The notes beneath the pieces were generated by a model. The model made no database searches, was not told the origin of the DNA, and saw nothing but the letters and a program-made list of their open reading frames with translations. The position numbers were made by a program, and so were the translations under genes. This document shows, piece by piece, positions 41,370-55,355 of a stretch of 64,000 nt of DNA; position 1 is the first letter of the stretch; each line of letters begins with the position of its first letter. Origin of the DNA: Blasia pusilla (Eukaryota); contig CM114271.1 in NCBI GenBank assembly GCA_050084515.1, positions 48,298,001 through 48,362,000 of the forward strand, read 5' to 3'.

Positions 41370-42095
41370 GGAAAATACCAAGATCCCAGTGATTGGCAAG
41401 GATAAATTTTCAAGCTCTTACATTTTATCTTTGCAGACGAGGAGCACTCAGTAACAGATATGACTTGAGATATTGTGAAATGAGGATCATCAAGTTTTTT
41501 CCCTTAGCCACATCAGGCAGATCCATCTGGAACTGAGCTTTATGAACTTTGGGCTCGGGATCACCCTGTAAACCTGTCATTTATATAAAATGTGCAGAGC
41601 TTAATCAGGTAGGGGTGTAGGGATTTAGCACCTTTGTCCAAGGTAAGAAGGTGAAGTAGATCAGACTGTCAGCCCATCATAATTCTTCCCGGCCCATGAA
41701 AAGGTCTGACAGTTCTGGTTGCCGATAAGAGTTATTCTGGGGGTTAATGCTGGGACTTGTGTGGCGAAAACTATCAAGTCAAGTGTAATCATACAACATA
41801 TACCTTCCCTTTTTCAGAGTGGAATTGTGCTATCGTCTCACTAGACGGATCTTTAATCTTGTTTATATGCAGTATGATTGTTGATGGAAATGTGGACTAG
41901 ATAAGACCAAGATGGCCATACCAGAGAACTCACTATCTTGTCCATTACCAGGTCACAGAATTAGGACTATTGTAGCAAATTTTCAACGGAATTCAAAATG
42001 TTGGTGGCATTGTCTGTTACAGTACATTGTTGAAAGCATAATAGAGGTTTTCCCTAGACTTGAATTTGAGATATGATGCTGCCATATGGTCTTGC

Positions 42096-42288
42096 CACAT
42101 CGCTTTGTGGAGCGTTTCCTCACTCCTGTGAACGTTTTCAATGTTGGACATGGTATTTATGGCCTTAATACCCTGCATATTTACCTTCCCCACGCGTCAC
42201 ATCTGTTTGAGGAGTGTTTCCTCACTCCTGTGAACGTCTTCAATGTTACATGGTATGTATGGCCTCAATACCCTGCATATTTACTTGC
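42096..42288. repeat. Tandem duplication, ~103 bp unit
   Basis: tttcctcactcctgtgaacgt.ttcaatgtt...taccctgcatatttac occurs twice. Confidence 0.9.
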
Positions 42289-42748
42289 ATATGACCAGGC
42301 TATAGTCTGGACATTCGAACCTTTCTTAAATTTTCGCTGAACACCTTATGTTCCATCTCAGTATAATTTGGCGGGAAAACGGTTGCCCTGCCAGATTTCT
42401 TATCTTATTTCTTATTGCCGTGGTTCTGCCTAGTATAATCGCCCCTTTCTCTAGAGCAAGCACACATTTCCAAAATCTCCGCTGTGCTGTCTGCCGGACG
42501 AACCCTTGTTATCCTGCCTGTCGCCGCTCAGGACGATATTAGTAAAACCAGTCGCATAGGAAGTTGGCATGTGTTAGTGAAGTTTTGAAATTGCAAAAGT
42601 AAAAAATAATCATTTTGCCGGATCTCTATTCACCTTCATTCACCCAACCATCTTTTCAATGTTTTCACCAAATACTAGAAGTTTTAAAACAAATAAATAT
42701 AAAACAATCCCTCGAAGGGTTGGTAGAAAAGATTGTTTCTCACCGACA

Positions 42749-42890
42749 ACTTTTATTGCCTTCGCAAAGTAAAGACAGAAAGTTCTGGATTTATCGCTGG
42801 ACGATAAACCCAGAACGATACTTTTATTGCCTTGGCAAAATAAAGACTGAAAGTTCTGGATTTATCGCTGGACGATAAACCCAGAACGAT
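42749..42890. repeat. Tandem duplication (71 bp), each unit containing a 35-nt hairpin
   Basis: GTTCTGG-A-TTTATCG-ctgga-CGATAAA-C-CCAGAAC at 42782-42816 and 42853-42887. Confidence 0.92.
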
Positions 42891-44180
42891 AATGGCTGAC
42901 TAGGTTAAGAAATTGGAGTGGACGTCCGAGGAGGAAATGTGTTTATAAATAGAAACTAAACTACCACATGAATGGTTCCCACTGTAGGGAGACACAGCTG
43001 ACAGTGTTAGGAAACAAAAGACCGTCACCGGAGATGATGATAGATGGTTTAGGTTTCAGAATTTAGAGTTATAGCGGAGATGATGTGGGCCCGAAATACA
43101 CTTTTGATTTGGAATGGGCAGTAGTGTATCCCACCAAATCTCTCCGGCCCATTCACGACATTAGGAAGATAAGGCTATCCCCCTCAGAAAGAAAACCTGA
43201 AAGCAGGTAACATCTCTGCAAACCCTCCACAATGAATGGACTGGGGCATAAGTGACGTGACAGCATTTGATGTAAAGAATTGGAAGTCGTATGAAATTCA
43301 GCAAAGGAAACACTCTTGCTGAATACATGCGAAGGAAGGTTATTAATTGACTGGCTAGAACAGGTGCCTTCCTCAACTACTACTTCATTTGATGGATGCA
43401 TACCCATCACTTGGTGGGATGTCCTCCAGATGTACCAGAGCATGCAAGCATGAATAGTCAATTCCCATTCCCAAAACCCAGGCATAAAACCAGGATAATC
43501 ATTTGCCATGTGCATGATCATGGAAACAGCCACACAAGCTAAGTTGACACAGCTGCGCACAAATTATGAAAATGAGTAAGACTGCAAATGTTAGCCTACA
43601 AGTGAGTCCGACCTGCAACTCGTGAAACATATCCAGGTATTGACCACTTATTCCTAGAGTGTTTTTGAGTAAGAAAGCAAGGAAGTGACTTCATGGTCGT
43701 CGGCGAGATGTGGTAAACTATACAATTGCGAGAAAGAACACTAGTTTCCAAACTGAATTTAGAAGTTACAATTGTGGTAAAGCTTTTATGTTGTCCTCTC
43801 TATTTCCTTGATGTACATCTGTTGAAATTGCTTACTTCCCAAGTCCACAAGGCAAACAAACATATTAACCAGCGGCCTAATAATCCTGAAGAAATTTCAA
43901 AATTCTAGTTCTTTACCTGACTGAAGTGTCCACTCATAAGCAGCTTTTCATAAGGAAGCATCCCGCATTTCGACTGGTTGATTCACATTTCGGCTTCTTA
44001 GTACTCTTCTAGCAGAGGTCAGGCAAATTGCACTTCATGGACACTCTGCCCAAGCTGGAAATGCATGCTTGGGAATGTACTCTCACCAAATAGACCGATT
44101 TAACAGCAGGTCCAAGTAGTGCCCCCTACGATACCAGAATTATCTGATTGCTTGATCTCATAAAAAGTGTTTGAAGAAAA

Positions 44181-45801
44181 CTAGTCTCCTTTTTTTATGT
44201 CACCGAACAATGTCTTGAAACTCCAACCTGCTTCCTTGTCTTCACCTCTAACTTTTGCTAGTAGCTTATCAAGCCCCCAGGCATTGCTCTCATCTTCTTC
44301 CATTTGAACAAGACCTTGGCCAATGGATGAAGACTGCTGTTTCGTACCCGATTGACCAGTTGCATCATCGAGGCCTCCCTCGCCCTTGGGACCTGCATCG
44401 GTCATGATTCCGAAGTCTTCAAACAATGAGCTGCAAGCAACACACGAATCTACAAACACTACAATCCTCACTTTAATACTGATTAGTGCTACTTCTCCAG
44501 ATGCTCAAGCTGATAGCATCTTTTATCAAGCACACTCGAGTCATTCAAACAGAATTTCCCTACACGATATACATATCCACAGATGGGATACATTGCGAGG
44601 CAGAACGATCTCCATTTCAATTGAGACGAGTGCTGCTAAGCAAGCACACTCAACTAATTCCAACGGTATTCCCCTACACTGGAGACAGCGTTTACAGTGA
44701 TACGAAACCGCATTTTCAGGCCACATTCAGACACTATGATCTCGACGACAATGGTGATCAGTGCTGTTTTCCTGCTAGCATCACCTACAAGCAACACTAA
44801 ACCCATTCAAATAGCACACACCATACACGACATTCAAGAGGTTACCTATAGGATTCATCATGTGCCCGATACAGCCATCCCTATATTCGTAGGCTGCTAG
44901 GCCGATCGGACCTGTCAAGAACGGCCTCACCTGCATACGATATCATTCCACAGGCACCCTCGGACTTTAGTACCCCAACATCACGAGATCAAATCGCAGG
45001 AAGCTCTCCTCGTCAGGAAATTGTGAACTTTGCGCTTCTTGAGCTCCCTTGAATAGCTGTATTCACTTTACCCACATGACAGGAGAAGCGAAAACTCACA
45101 TCATTCATGAACTTCGTGTGCTCCGGAGAAGCCCGTATATCGTTCATGTTTAGAGTAGACTCATATCGCTCCCAGAAATGAATAACATTATTCTCAAATG
45201 CATCCACATTGCACTCAAACACCGAAATGCCGGAAGATTCATCCTTCTGCACTCATCTCACCGGGCGGTTTCCATGGAGTGAGTTCCGAGTGCATCCCAC
45301 TCTTAGTGCGTAAGTGTTAGCGCCTTCCGAACTAAATCGCACCCATGAAATTCTTCAACCAGCAGGAAAGAGCTTGGAAACACTTACTATTTTTTCTTGG
45401 CCCCATTTGACAATCTCTCGACAGAGAGATGCAACTTCTTCTTCCTTCCCTTCTTGTACACACAAAGTCGAACTCAACACATAGCTCCTCCCAGCCAGCC
45501 GCCCGGACAAGAATCTCTCCGCTGCCTCCACTTTCACGCCTGAAAATCGAGCCCCGCCGCTCACAGACACAGCGGCGTCGACCTGCGCTACTCTGAAGCT
45601 CCTGCCGAGAAAACTCCGTTTCCCTGCGACATTCCCTTTTCCAATTATTGCGCAGGATACAGAAATAGCTGTGGCTCTGCTCCATGCACCCGTGCATCGC
45701 ACACACTGAATCCCAGCGTTCGCGCTCGTGCTGCAACTTCTAGCCAAGGACTCCGCAGGAGCAGCACACACGAACTGCGCTGGTACACTGCACGTTGCCA
45801 T
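44181..45801 (-). CDS. Putative plastid-targeted ABM / dimeric alpha-beta-barrel domain protein; exons 45388-45801, 45100-45246, 44846-44930, 44181-44392 (285 aa)
   Basis: GT-AG introns, phase-compatible; Ser/Ala/Arg-rich transit-peptide-like N-terminus; YVLSSTLCVQEGKEEEV...FECNVDAFENNVIHFWERYES...ASPEHTKFMNDVRPFLTGP fits the ABM (LsrG/QuMo-like) pattern. The family call is from motif recognition only. Confidence 0.8.
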
Positions 45802-46801
45802 TTCGCTCACCCTAAACGCATCCACCAGACAATTCGAATTGCCCGCCGTGATCACCCTGCGACGGGGTTCCACGCAGGCAAACAGGGCGCGCAGTGGATC
45901 GGATCGTTCGCTCGAGAGTCAAAGAGATGAGAACTGGAGTTGAGCGGCATGGAGAGGGCGAAGGAGTGGATCAGAGGGAGCAAAAGACAGAATCGTGATC
46001 GTGGAGGAAGACGGGATGGTTAATAGATTGATTTCGTGATTACGACCTCTACAGATATGTGTCGTTTTTAAGACTGTCCACGTGTACTCCACACGGATGT
46101 TTATTAATTTTATAATACTTTCCCCCTCTGGTTTCGCTACTCATGTGTCCTCGCAGCTGGCCAGCTCCGTGCGGGAGCTGATAGGATCGCGACAGATTAT
46201 CCTTATCTAGAGCGGATGACTCGCTCCAAGGGGTTTTAGAGAGAAATAAAATAAGACCTCCATAGGAGAGAGGAGGGGAACCCACATGAACATTCCTGGG
46301 CTCCAAGGCGTGAATTGGCAACCTCTCCCTAGTAGCCCGATTCATTTGTAGGGCTAGTGTGAAAACTAGGGTCTTTTGTGGAAACTACTATAAGATCAGT
46401 CTTCATTATCATTGCCGACATGGCCCTTGTACAAATCTTGCCACCATATGGACTCTATGTTGTAAAGTCCAACCTCTACTTCCCTTAGTTTTGCCCCATG
46501 CACTCATGATCTTGAGTTATGCAAGCGGAAGATTTAGATTGAATCCCAAAAACTCAACTAGTTACGTGTTCCGTAGGTAGTTGAGAAGTTGCCAATCGCT
46601 AATCGAGTTAAGTCTCCCCAAGTGCATGTTGTCTCCCTACAAAGCCTCTTTCCCAAGTCTCGACCAATCTCCCCAAGTCGCTCGCCTATACATGAGCACG
46701 TTGGTAAATCCCACACGGTGCGTCCCCTAGCTCAAACATGAAACACGGTCAAATGCACATCATGGTTAGTTTTTGGTTCAAAGACTTGAGCGGGTAGAAA
46801 G

Positions 46802-49369
46802 TGTCGCGACCCTCATAGCCAAACTTGCGCCCAGGCGAAACATCCGAACCCTAGTGGGCTCACACTAGGATGATTGCGCATTGAAGAGGTCTCTTGAAGG
46901 AGACACAAGATATGAGACGCGAGCAAGGTTAAGTGTTTTATGTGTTTATGGTCGCAACTAAGGAAATCTAAACCAAACGTGAACCAAGACTTGAGAGGAG
47001 TCGAGTCTAGGAAGAGTGGTTACCAAAGAGGTTAAGAACCGGATTTGGAACGTGACTAGCGTTTGGGGTTTTATTGTATTTTGGACCATAACTTTCAGAC
47101 CTCAAATGTATTTGGGAAGATTAAGTTAGGTTGGAAAGCTTAGGCAAATCCGGTTCCAACTCATCAAGGATCTTGGCAAATGCATAAGCACACGTTGAGA
47201 AATTTCCCAAAAATGATAGAATGGGAAGTTGGGTTGAGGGCCAAAAGGAGTGACCTGAGAGTCCTTCTTCCAAAGTTAGGGGGAGAACATAGAACTCCAC
47301 AACTACTAGTATAGAAGGGGAAGGGTCTCCAAGAGTATCTGGGATGTGAACTCCACTTTGGGGAGTCACGGGGCGAACCAAGGGCACGGAATGGATTAGG
47401 AGGCTGGCGTTGGGATGCGAATCCCTTGCGAAGTCCAAGAGAGTGGATTTTGGAGGTCACTCTTGGATTCCAACCGGAAACTCATTTTTTGGGTCTCTGT
47501 GAGGGACTCATGCGAAGTCTATTGGAAAGTTGGAACCGCTAGGCATGCGAACAACTTCTTAGGTGTCTCGACTATCAAGAAAGTATGTCCCAAGTCTAGA
47601 AAGACTTGCCCGTGTTGGGAAGTGAAAAACTAGGAAGGTTGAGCTTGATGAATGGCCAAGTTGAGAACTTGGGGAGTTGGAAAGTTGATTGACCTAGACC
47701 ATACTAACGTGAGTGTGTTTGGGTGCACATCAACAGTGTGAGAGTGCCCTACTCAATGTATGCTTCCATACGTAACACTTGAGATTGAATTTCAAGAGGA
47801 GTAGGTGCACGATAAGTGGTATCAGAGCAAATATTTGGTAAACCTGAACTTGAGGTCATAGGAACAACTGGACGCTTAGGAAGAATTCAAGGTAGTAGTG
47901 AGACCCAGACGCTTGGGGAGGAACGCAAGAGAGAAGGAGGAGATCTTAATGGACCAAAGCTTAAGGATGGCGACCGAGAGCAAAGATCCACGGAAGTATC
48001 AACTTACGCGACAAAATCTGAGGGATGAATCAATGTCGGACCAAGAGCCAGAGAAGGAGACAGTGACTCCCGAGATGCGGAACTCTAGACATGAGGATGT
48101 CCCGAATGTGAATCCTTCTGCGGGGCTATTGGCTCCAATCTCAAGTGACCCGGCCTTCTATGTCCAAATGATGGACTTGGTGAATCCTTTGTCGGAGCAA
48201 ATAACCTAACAGAGTAAGCGGATATCCAAGCTTGAGTTAGACAGAGCTTCTAGTTCCAATAAGAAGTTGTGTAAGATGAATCTGCCAACGCCATTCACAA
48301 GAATGGAGTGATCTAAAAAAGTGAAGGAGTTCCTTAAGGAGTTGGAGCTATACTTTGAGTCGCAAAGGGCAGAGAAGTAGGACAAGGTGACCGTAGCAAT
48401 CATGTTTCTTAAGGATCATGCGCTCCAATGATGGACAACTCATCGCAAAGAGCATTTAGCCAAGGGATCATCTTTAAGTTGGGAGGAGTTCAAGGTGTTA
48501 ATTAGCGGCTGAATAATTCACTCCGTAGTATCAAGAGTTTCAAGATGGTGTAGAGTTATTGCATTTGCGGAAAAGTGGGCCCCTAAGTGCTTATGTGTGG
48601 GAATTCAATGCGAAACTGAACTCACTTCCTAAGATGGACGAGTTTGCAAAGCAAGTTATCTTCTTTAGTAGACTTAAGTTGATTGCAGAGAATTAAGGCC
48701 ATCTTTAGAATTCCGGAGTTATTGGAGACATGCACAGAACTTTTGAAGCTGGCGGAGCGGATAGGGGACCGAATCCCCTATCCTGTATCCTCTCCTCATC
48801 CCATCACTACACCACCTTCAAGGGAGAGTGCACCCTTTCCAAAGCTGGTCACTATTGTGCCCTCCCCTCCAATTCTTCCACAAGTTGCCAAGGGTGTTCA
48901 TATTGTAAGAGGACTAGATATAGTTTTTGGCATTGCACCAATTGGTCCAAAGAGAAAGTGAGGCACAAAAGAGGTTAATGCTACTATCATTGGAGGTGAA
49001 CCAATGAGTTCAAGTATGTAAGTTGAGAGTGATGTTGTGCATTGTACTTTGAAGTTGATGAAGAATCATGATCTATTTAAAAGGGTGGTAAATATTTTGT
49101 TAATTTTGATTGTAGAGAGCACAAATGAGGCCTCGACCGTTCTAGGAAAATGCCAGGGTAGGACATCGCGGAGATGCAATTTGGAGGCCACAAAATTTTC
49201 AGAGGAGAATGAGGACGATGCAAGGATAGTGGGGACTTGTGGACTAATGGAGCTAGATCATGTGGATCTTATGCAAAAGCCAACACTAGTGAGAAGAGCG
49301 ACACTTAGGAAGAGGACTCGAGAGGCTACCAAGCCAGGGCTCAAATCTCTTGTGCCTCCGTTGCAATAG
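46802..49369 (+). mobile_element. Ty3/gypsy 5' fragment: LTR (~46802-47814), PBS, decayed gag
   Basis: TGTCGCGACCC start; PBS TGGTATCAGAGC at 47817-47828; gag-like EFLKELELYFESQ...KVTVAIMFLKDHALQ*WT; degenerate zinc knuckle CSYCKRTRYSFWHC; no pol. The LTR start is less certain. Confidence 0.75.
47817..47828 (+). promoter_or_regulatory. Primer binding site, tRNA-iMet
   Basis: Exact TGGTATCAGAGC. Confidence 0.9.
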
Positions 49370-50805
49370 TTGATGTCACGTGAGAACCCCTTTGTGGTTG
49401 TAGGTTATGGCAGTTTGCATGATGGTTTTTCTACCTTCCATGGACGTGATATTCCAGATGGGCATTCTGTTCACCATTTGACAGAGGTTTGCAAGAAGAA
49501 ATATGTTTTGCCATTTCCAAATATGGTTGACGATCCACCGCAGATTTATATTGGAGATGCCCTTGATAGTGTAATGTTATGGCCATCTCATCTTGTTATG
49601 CCTTCTCAGAAGTAGGGGCACCTTCGCTTGGTGTTCAGTTGGATTGAGTGTGGCCATTCAATAGTACCTGTACATTCTAGTCTTAATTTTGAGCTATTCA
49701 AAGGGGGCTTTTTAGATGTGTAGACATTCAGAAGTGGGTTTTTGTACTCACTAGTAGATGAACCTTTCTTTTGACAACTAGTTTTGAGTGTAGAAATTTC
49801 CATGTACTTGTAACTTTTGTGCTCAGAATTAGAGGAACCTGATATTTTTGTTTTAGTTTTGAGTGTGGCAATTAAGATGTACTTGAAACTTCTTGTTTCA
49901 ATTTTGAATCTATCAGAGGGGGGTTTTGTACTCAGAAGTAGATTTTGTGTTCTTCCATTGATCAGGGCAATTGAAATGAACTTGGGCCTTATTTCAATGT
50001 AAGTCTCCATTTATCATAGAAAACATCATTCACTATTCACTAGGCATTCTTTTGATGTACGTAGATAGTCCATTTGAGGGTGAATGGATACACTTGGTAG
50101 CTTTGAACATTTGGCCATACTTGGATGTAAGAAGCATTTGCTACCTCTAGATTTCAATAGAGAAGCATTTCTGATTGTGAAAAACTAGTCACATGCTACA
50201 ACAGGTATGGGTTCGTACAAGATTAATGTGCTTGTATGATTTCACACGGTGCTCGTAGCTTTAGTAATGTACTTATAGCGTAAGGGCTTCTCCTTTGTCG
50301 GATGTAAGAGAAGTAGTGATAAGAGGGTATGTAGGAGAAGGCAACCATCTAGTCATTCATATGTAGGAAGGAGGATAGGTAGGAAGGAGTCATTCATATA
50401 TAGGGTTTATCATGGATACAAAAAGGACTCTAAATGCCAATATAATGTACATATTTCCGTCAACAATAAAGCAACCCTGTCATAAATGAATGATTGGCTA
50501 TAGTTGTTTACGTTACTTGTTTTGCATGTTGTTTTTTATATAATAGGATTGTAAATGACATGGACTTATCTAGTCATTCTTTCTAACTCGTCTAGTCATT
50601 TTTCAGTGAGTCATTATACGACTTCACCTAATCATCAACAATGACTAGGTGAAGTCGTATTTAGTGACTATGTTGAGTATAAAAAATTGAGACTCAGACA
50701 AGTCATATAAGTTGTAACTTAGCATAATGGCCAACCAAAAAACCTTGACCGGCGTACCTCCTAGCATTGGAAGCTGAAAACCATGGGGCGCGATACATAG
50801 TAGTG
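49370..50805 (+). mobile_element. 3' end of a second CACTA element
   Basis: TnpA-like exon FHGRDIP...DDPPQIYIGDALDSVMLWP; dense AGTCAT/ATGACT subterminal motifs at about 50545-50710; terminus TAGTAGTG at 50805 (CACTACTA on the minus strand). Confidence 0.8.
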
Positions 50806-53800
50806 GTTTCCCTCAACAACATACTCGCCATGGGCTCCGTGGGAGCATCAGCAATAGAAGTCATCGCACTTGCTTCTCCAATTGCCTTTGTGCCTGCACA
50901 CCAACAACATCCACTCTCCAGGATCTCCGATCAACACCCATTGATGGGCTCCTCATCGCCTGAGATAACGTAAAAGAATGAGGAAGTTTGGTCTATTTCT
51001 TGGCTTCCCCTCTCTTACTCTACAGCTGCTCCACATGTAACAATAGAGACCGCCTCCTTTTGTGGAGCCCCACATATCCAGCTCAGATCCTCCATGTCTT
51101 TGGTAGTTCCATGTGATGTCGATGCCAAAGACCCAACATCGGATAATCGCAATGCCATCATGGAAAACTGCTGATGCAACTACTCTATCTGAGTAGCCAT
51201 CCTAGCCTCACTCTCCAAGTCTCCCTTGATTCGTCGAGATGATGAACCTCTACCTCCTCCGCAAGCATATCCATTATCCCCATGGGCAAATCCAACTCCA
51301 CATTCCCCTATAGAACCATTTGGTGCACGATCTTAAGGCCTACTTGGACCGCCAACTTGCTCTAGTGCCCTCTATGTCCCTTGGTCCAGATGTAGCTTAG
51401 GATATAAGATAAAACACTTAGCGCGTGTATGACCATACCGTTGACAATGCACAGTGATATAATTCTAGTGCGGGCCCATCTCCTCCTCGAGGTTGAGGCA
51501 CGCATCCACTATCCTAACGGATGCAATCTAATGGCAATGGGCTCCACCACATGTCCAACAAATGACTTCTGGCATCTGCTACTACGCCGTATATGATGGT
51601 ATAGGTCTCTATGGCACATGCTCATGATTACCTCCTTGATCTCGTGGTGCCACATTCCTCTCTCAAAATTCACGTTCTTGCACTCATGGTGCTCACAATC
51701 AAGACTTCTCTTACGCATGACTCATGGCTGGTACACTCTCCTTGGCCATATTGCGCTCACTACACTCCGCCATCTCAAACACATATCTCAATGTAGGTAA
51801 GGTGCGCATCAAAAGTACCGCATCCTTCTCCCGTCTACGTAGGGCTTGTTCCAACATCCTGTACCATGTTTTCACATCTAGGGTCTCAATCACCCTTGAG
51901 AGAAACTAATTAGATGACATATACGAGTAAATACCTCCCGCAAACTCTCCCTTGTGCGCCTATGGAAGTCGTGGATGCTCCCTAATTTCTCAATCCGTAT
52001 CCCCTCGTAGTTCCTTTGCAACTCCGCAAAGAATGCAACCACGGGGTTAAACCTAGGATACACCCAATTGGACAATGCAACTACTCTAGTCCAACTCACC
52101 CCTCCCTCAACCTCACTAGTGGAAGAGGAAGTAGGGTCCCCTAGCTCTTCCTCATGTGGAAATAACTCAATCAATGACACGTAATGTGGATCATAGTAGA
52201 GTCTTTAGGCCTCAATCTTGGGTCCGTATCTCTGGAAAAACTCATGGTTATTGTCCATGGGTATTCCCTTTAGATTCTGGAACATCCTATTCCATGTTAT
52301 GAAATGGTCGAACTCTTTGGAGTTCCAAGCCCTTTGTGAGTCACACCGACTCCTCAACTCTGCAATGAAGTCGTGTACCTCTATGGTATCCACAACTCCA
52401 GTAAACCTACCCGGTCTTCTACTTCGATTTACCATCTTGTACGCCTACACGGTATACTTAAAAAAATCTTCTAGGCCCTCTCCCTTGTCTGTGGATGGTA
52501 CCAAAGGAGGTCTAGACGGTCCCTCATGTGGAGACTCTCGAAACCTCGGGCCACTCCGCGTCAAACCTTTAGAGCTACTCTCAGACCCTGACAGACACTC
52601 CACCTTGCCTCAATTAATCAACCTAAACATGCGGCACTCCATCTACACTTCTTCCCACTGAGACGTGTAATGTACGGCAACAAGCGTTGTGGTGTGACAA
52701 ATCGACTACTATCCTATCGTCTCATCAATAGTGTATACTTGCAACTATAGACATCCCACATAGGTCTACATCCTCTAACCTCATACATTGATGAGGCTTT
52801 CAGCATCCGCACAAAACCCAATATCCCAAATAACTACCCAATACTAGAAAATCCCTCATGCGTGCAAGGCAAAAGACTAGAATGGATAACCGAAAACATT
52901 TTCGGTGTCGCTCCTCAACAACTACAAACCTTGAACCCAATATCATGAAGATAACTCTTCCAATCAGCAATTTGTACTCCCCGGTGTTGAGGATGCTCAA
53001 ACCTCCTCCATGTGCGGTGCGGATAGAGCGGTATGGTGCGGCGTGGCTACAAATGGCAAAACACTTGGTGATGGAATGTGACTCGTAGCGGAATCCCCTT
53101 CTCTATCAGCAATACATGCTCTACTCCCCATTGATGGTGCGGCTCCGCGATCAAGATGGTGCGATGCGGCCACGAGTAGCACGACACGGAAATCGGAGGC
53201 GCATTGCAGCTATGCGCGTCACGATACCGTACTTGATCGTCGTCAAGCGGCTACCACTCATGTACATCTTAGAGCACAACCTTAGACTCAACCCCATCGG
53301 TCAACGTCTCCTTAAAAACTAGCTCAAACATCATTGGCCAAAAATTGTCCTATATCAACAATGGCAGTTGGGAAGGAACAACGACGTCCAAATCACCCAA
53401 TCAACAACCACACGTTGAATTAGCAATGATAATGGTCAAAGGAATGGTGATAACGGTCAAAGGAATGATGAGAAATGGTAAAAAAAAGGTTGACGAAGGT
53501 CCACTGGACGATAACGGACGGAGTAGCGAACAACGGAAGACGGTAGCTGAAAAATGAATCGCGCGGTTGAAACAAACTGCGGTGACACCACTATAGGGAT
53601 GGCCAACTTGAATGCAAAGCACACAAGGTGGCTTGGTGACAGAACAAAACGGACAGATCGATGGCTAACACTAGGGTGACTCGTAAGATCGGACTTATGG
53701 ATCCATAGTTTTTTATATGGCTGAATGTTGTCCGCGGGTGCAAGGTGCCGTCGAAAGTGGATGCTCACCTCTTACGACCGAACTTCCAACATCACTTTGC

Positions 53801-55355
53801 GTGTATTTAATTCATACGCTTAGAAATTATGGAATTTTTCAAGATGGAAGTTCCTTGGACGTAAATGGAAGTTGTCCCTGTTTTATGGTCAAAATTTTGA
53901 AGGATGTAAAAAAATTTACGTCCTCCAAGTGAGATGCCCTAATATCTCCAAAGCGGGTGGACGGCTAATAGAGACAACGCACATGCCGTAAGGACCGAGG
54001 ATTAGGTGTAAGGACTTGCCACACCACCTCGTCCTTGGACGGATCCCATAGGGTTTGCTATCCCATAGGAATAGTAAGCTACCAACGTCTAAGGCTAGGA
54101 CGATAATATGATCAAACGACGGGGCTAACACGGTAGCAACACGGCAGAGTGGCAATTCATATGGAGCCGCACAAACGTATGCGGCTGCGTTGGCCTCTGT
54201 TCTCACTTTTTTTTTCTTTTTTTAGTCCATTTCTCACCTTCCAACCTGCTTGTAAGGTCCAGCCATGAGAAAAATGAAGGTAAAGAAGAAAATCGAGCCC
54301 TTCATGTGGGGGCTCTGTTCCAACCGGACTCTCGGTCCATTCACGGTCCTCTCAAATGAAGCTAGAATGAAAGTCGTATATTCAAGCGATTTACCTATGT
54401 TTTCCGCACGATATGCCACCAAACATAGGCAAATTGCTCCCATGTGAATCAGGTAAGAACCATGACAATGCACTGCCAAAATGTGCATGCAGCTGCAAGG
54501 ATGCAAAGGAGCCACCACGTCGCATGAGGTTGACTAGAGGACCAATGACAGAGACTAGGGCTTACGCGGCGGGTGATTGGATGAAGGATTTGTAGCAGCC
54601 AATCAATTGGCAATCAACTGTGTTGAAGTGGACAACAAGAGGACTGCAAGGGATGGAAGGGAAACGTTTAGTGAAGGGAAAATGGCTCCAAGAAGTCAGC
54701 GAGCAGCAGGAAAGGACATGGGATGGCAACGCTCCTAAAAATTCAGACCTCCCTTTAAATCTCTTTATTTTTAACTCAACTCACCCGCAAAAAAATTCAG
54801 CCTACCTTCAGAATTTCTCACTAAACCCACAAGTATTTGGTCAAGTCCCCAAAAATATATTCTCACCCACTTTCACCTTAAGATCCTAAGTTTCACTTGG
54901 CTCTCACTAAAAAAAGACTTGGTTTTACTTTTCTACCCCTCAAATATGGAGAAACTCAAGGGGATTTGAGGTTTGACTCACACAATGGCTGTGGCAGCTC
55001 CGGGGGAATGATCACAACTTCATGCTTATATGTTAAAATCATGCACCATTTCTACGACAACGTGCACAACTTCCAAATCTACCACATCATCTAATCAATT
55101 TCCTCATCCGATCTTCCATCAGAAATTGGTGGCAACTGTTGTGCAACATGCGGCCTCCTCTCTTACAAAAAATTTGACAGCGTTTATGCACTGATTGCTC
55201 TTACAAAAAATAAAAAATTTGTAAATACTCAAACCAGCAAGCTACACAATTCTCCCGAGAGCATGGAGAACCCCACACCTATACTCAATTCCTAATAAAC
55301 ACTTGGGCTGCGCTTCTCTGTGTCACTCTCCTATATAAAAATTTGCATAGCAAAG
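50806..55355 (-). mobile_element. Gypsy-like retroelement fragment A (long upstream/LTR region + decayed gag)
   Basis: gag-like HDFIAELRSRCDSQ...IHDFHRRTRESLREVFTRI; zinc knuckle CQRYGHTRAKC at about 51417-51450; candidate LTR end TACATTACA at 52666; homologous to 55960-57975 in inverted orientation. Confidence 0.65.

Noticed and set aside
45802..45873. Upstream GTG start extending the ABM protein
   Set aside because: A non-ATG start from the ORF caller; ATG 45801 (GAAATGGCA) has good context and begins a transit-peptide-like sequence.
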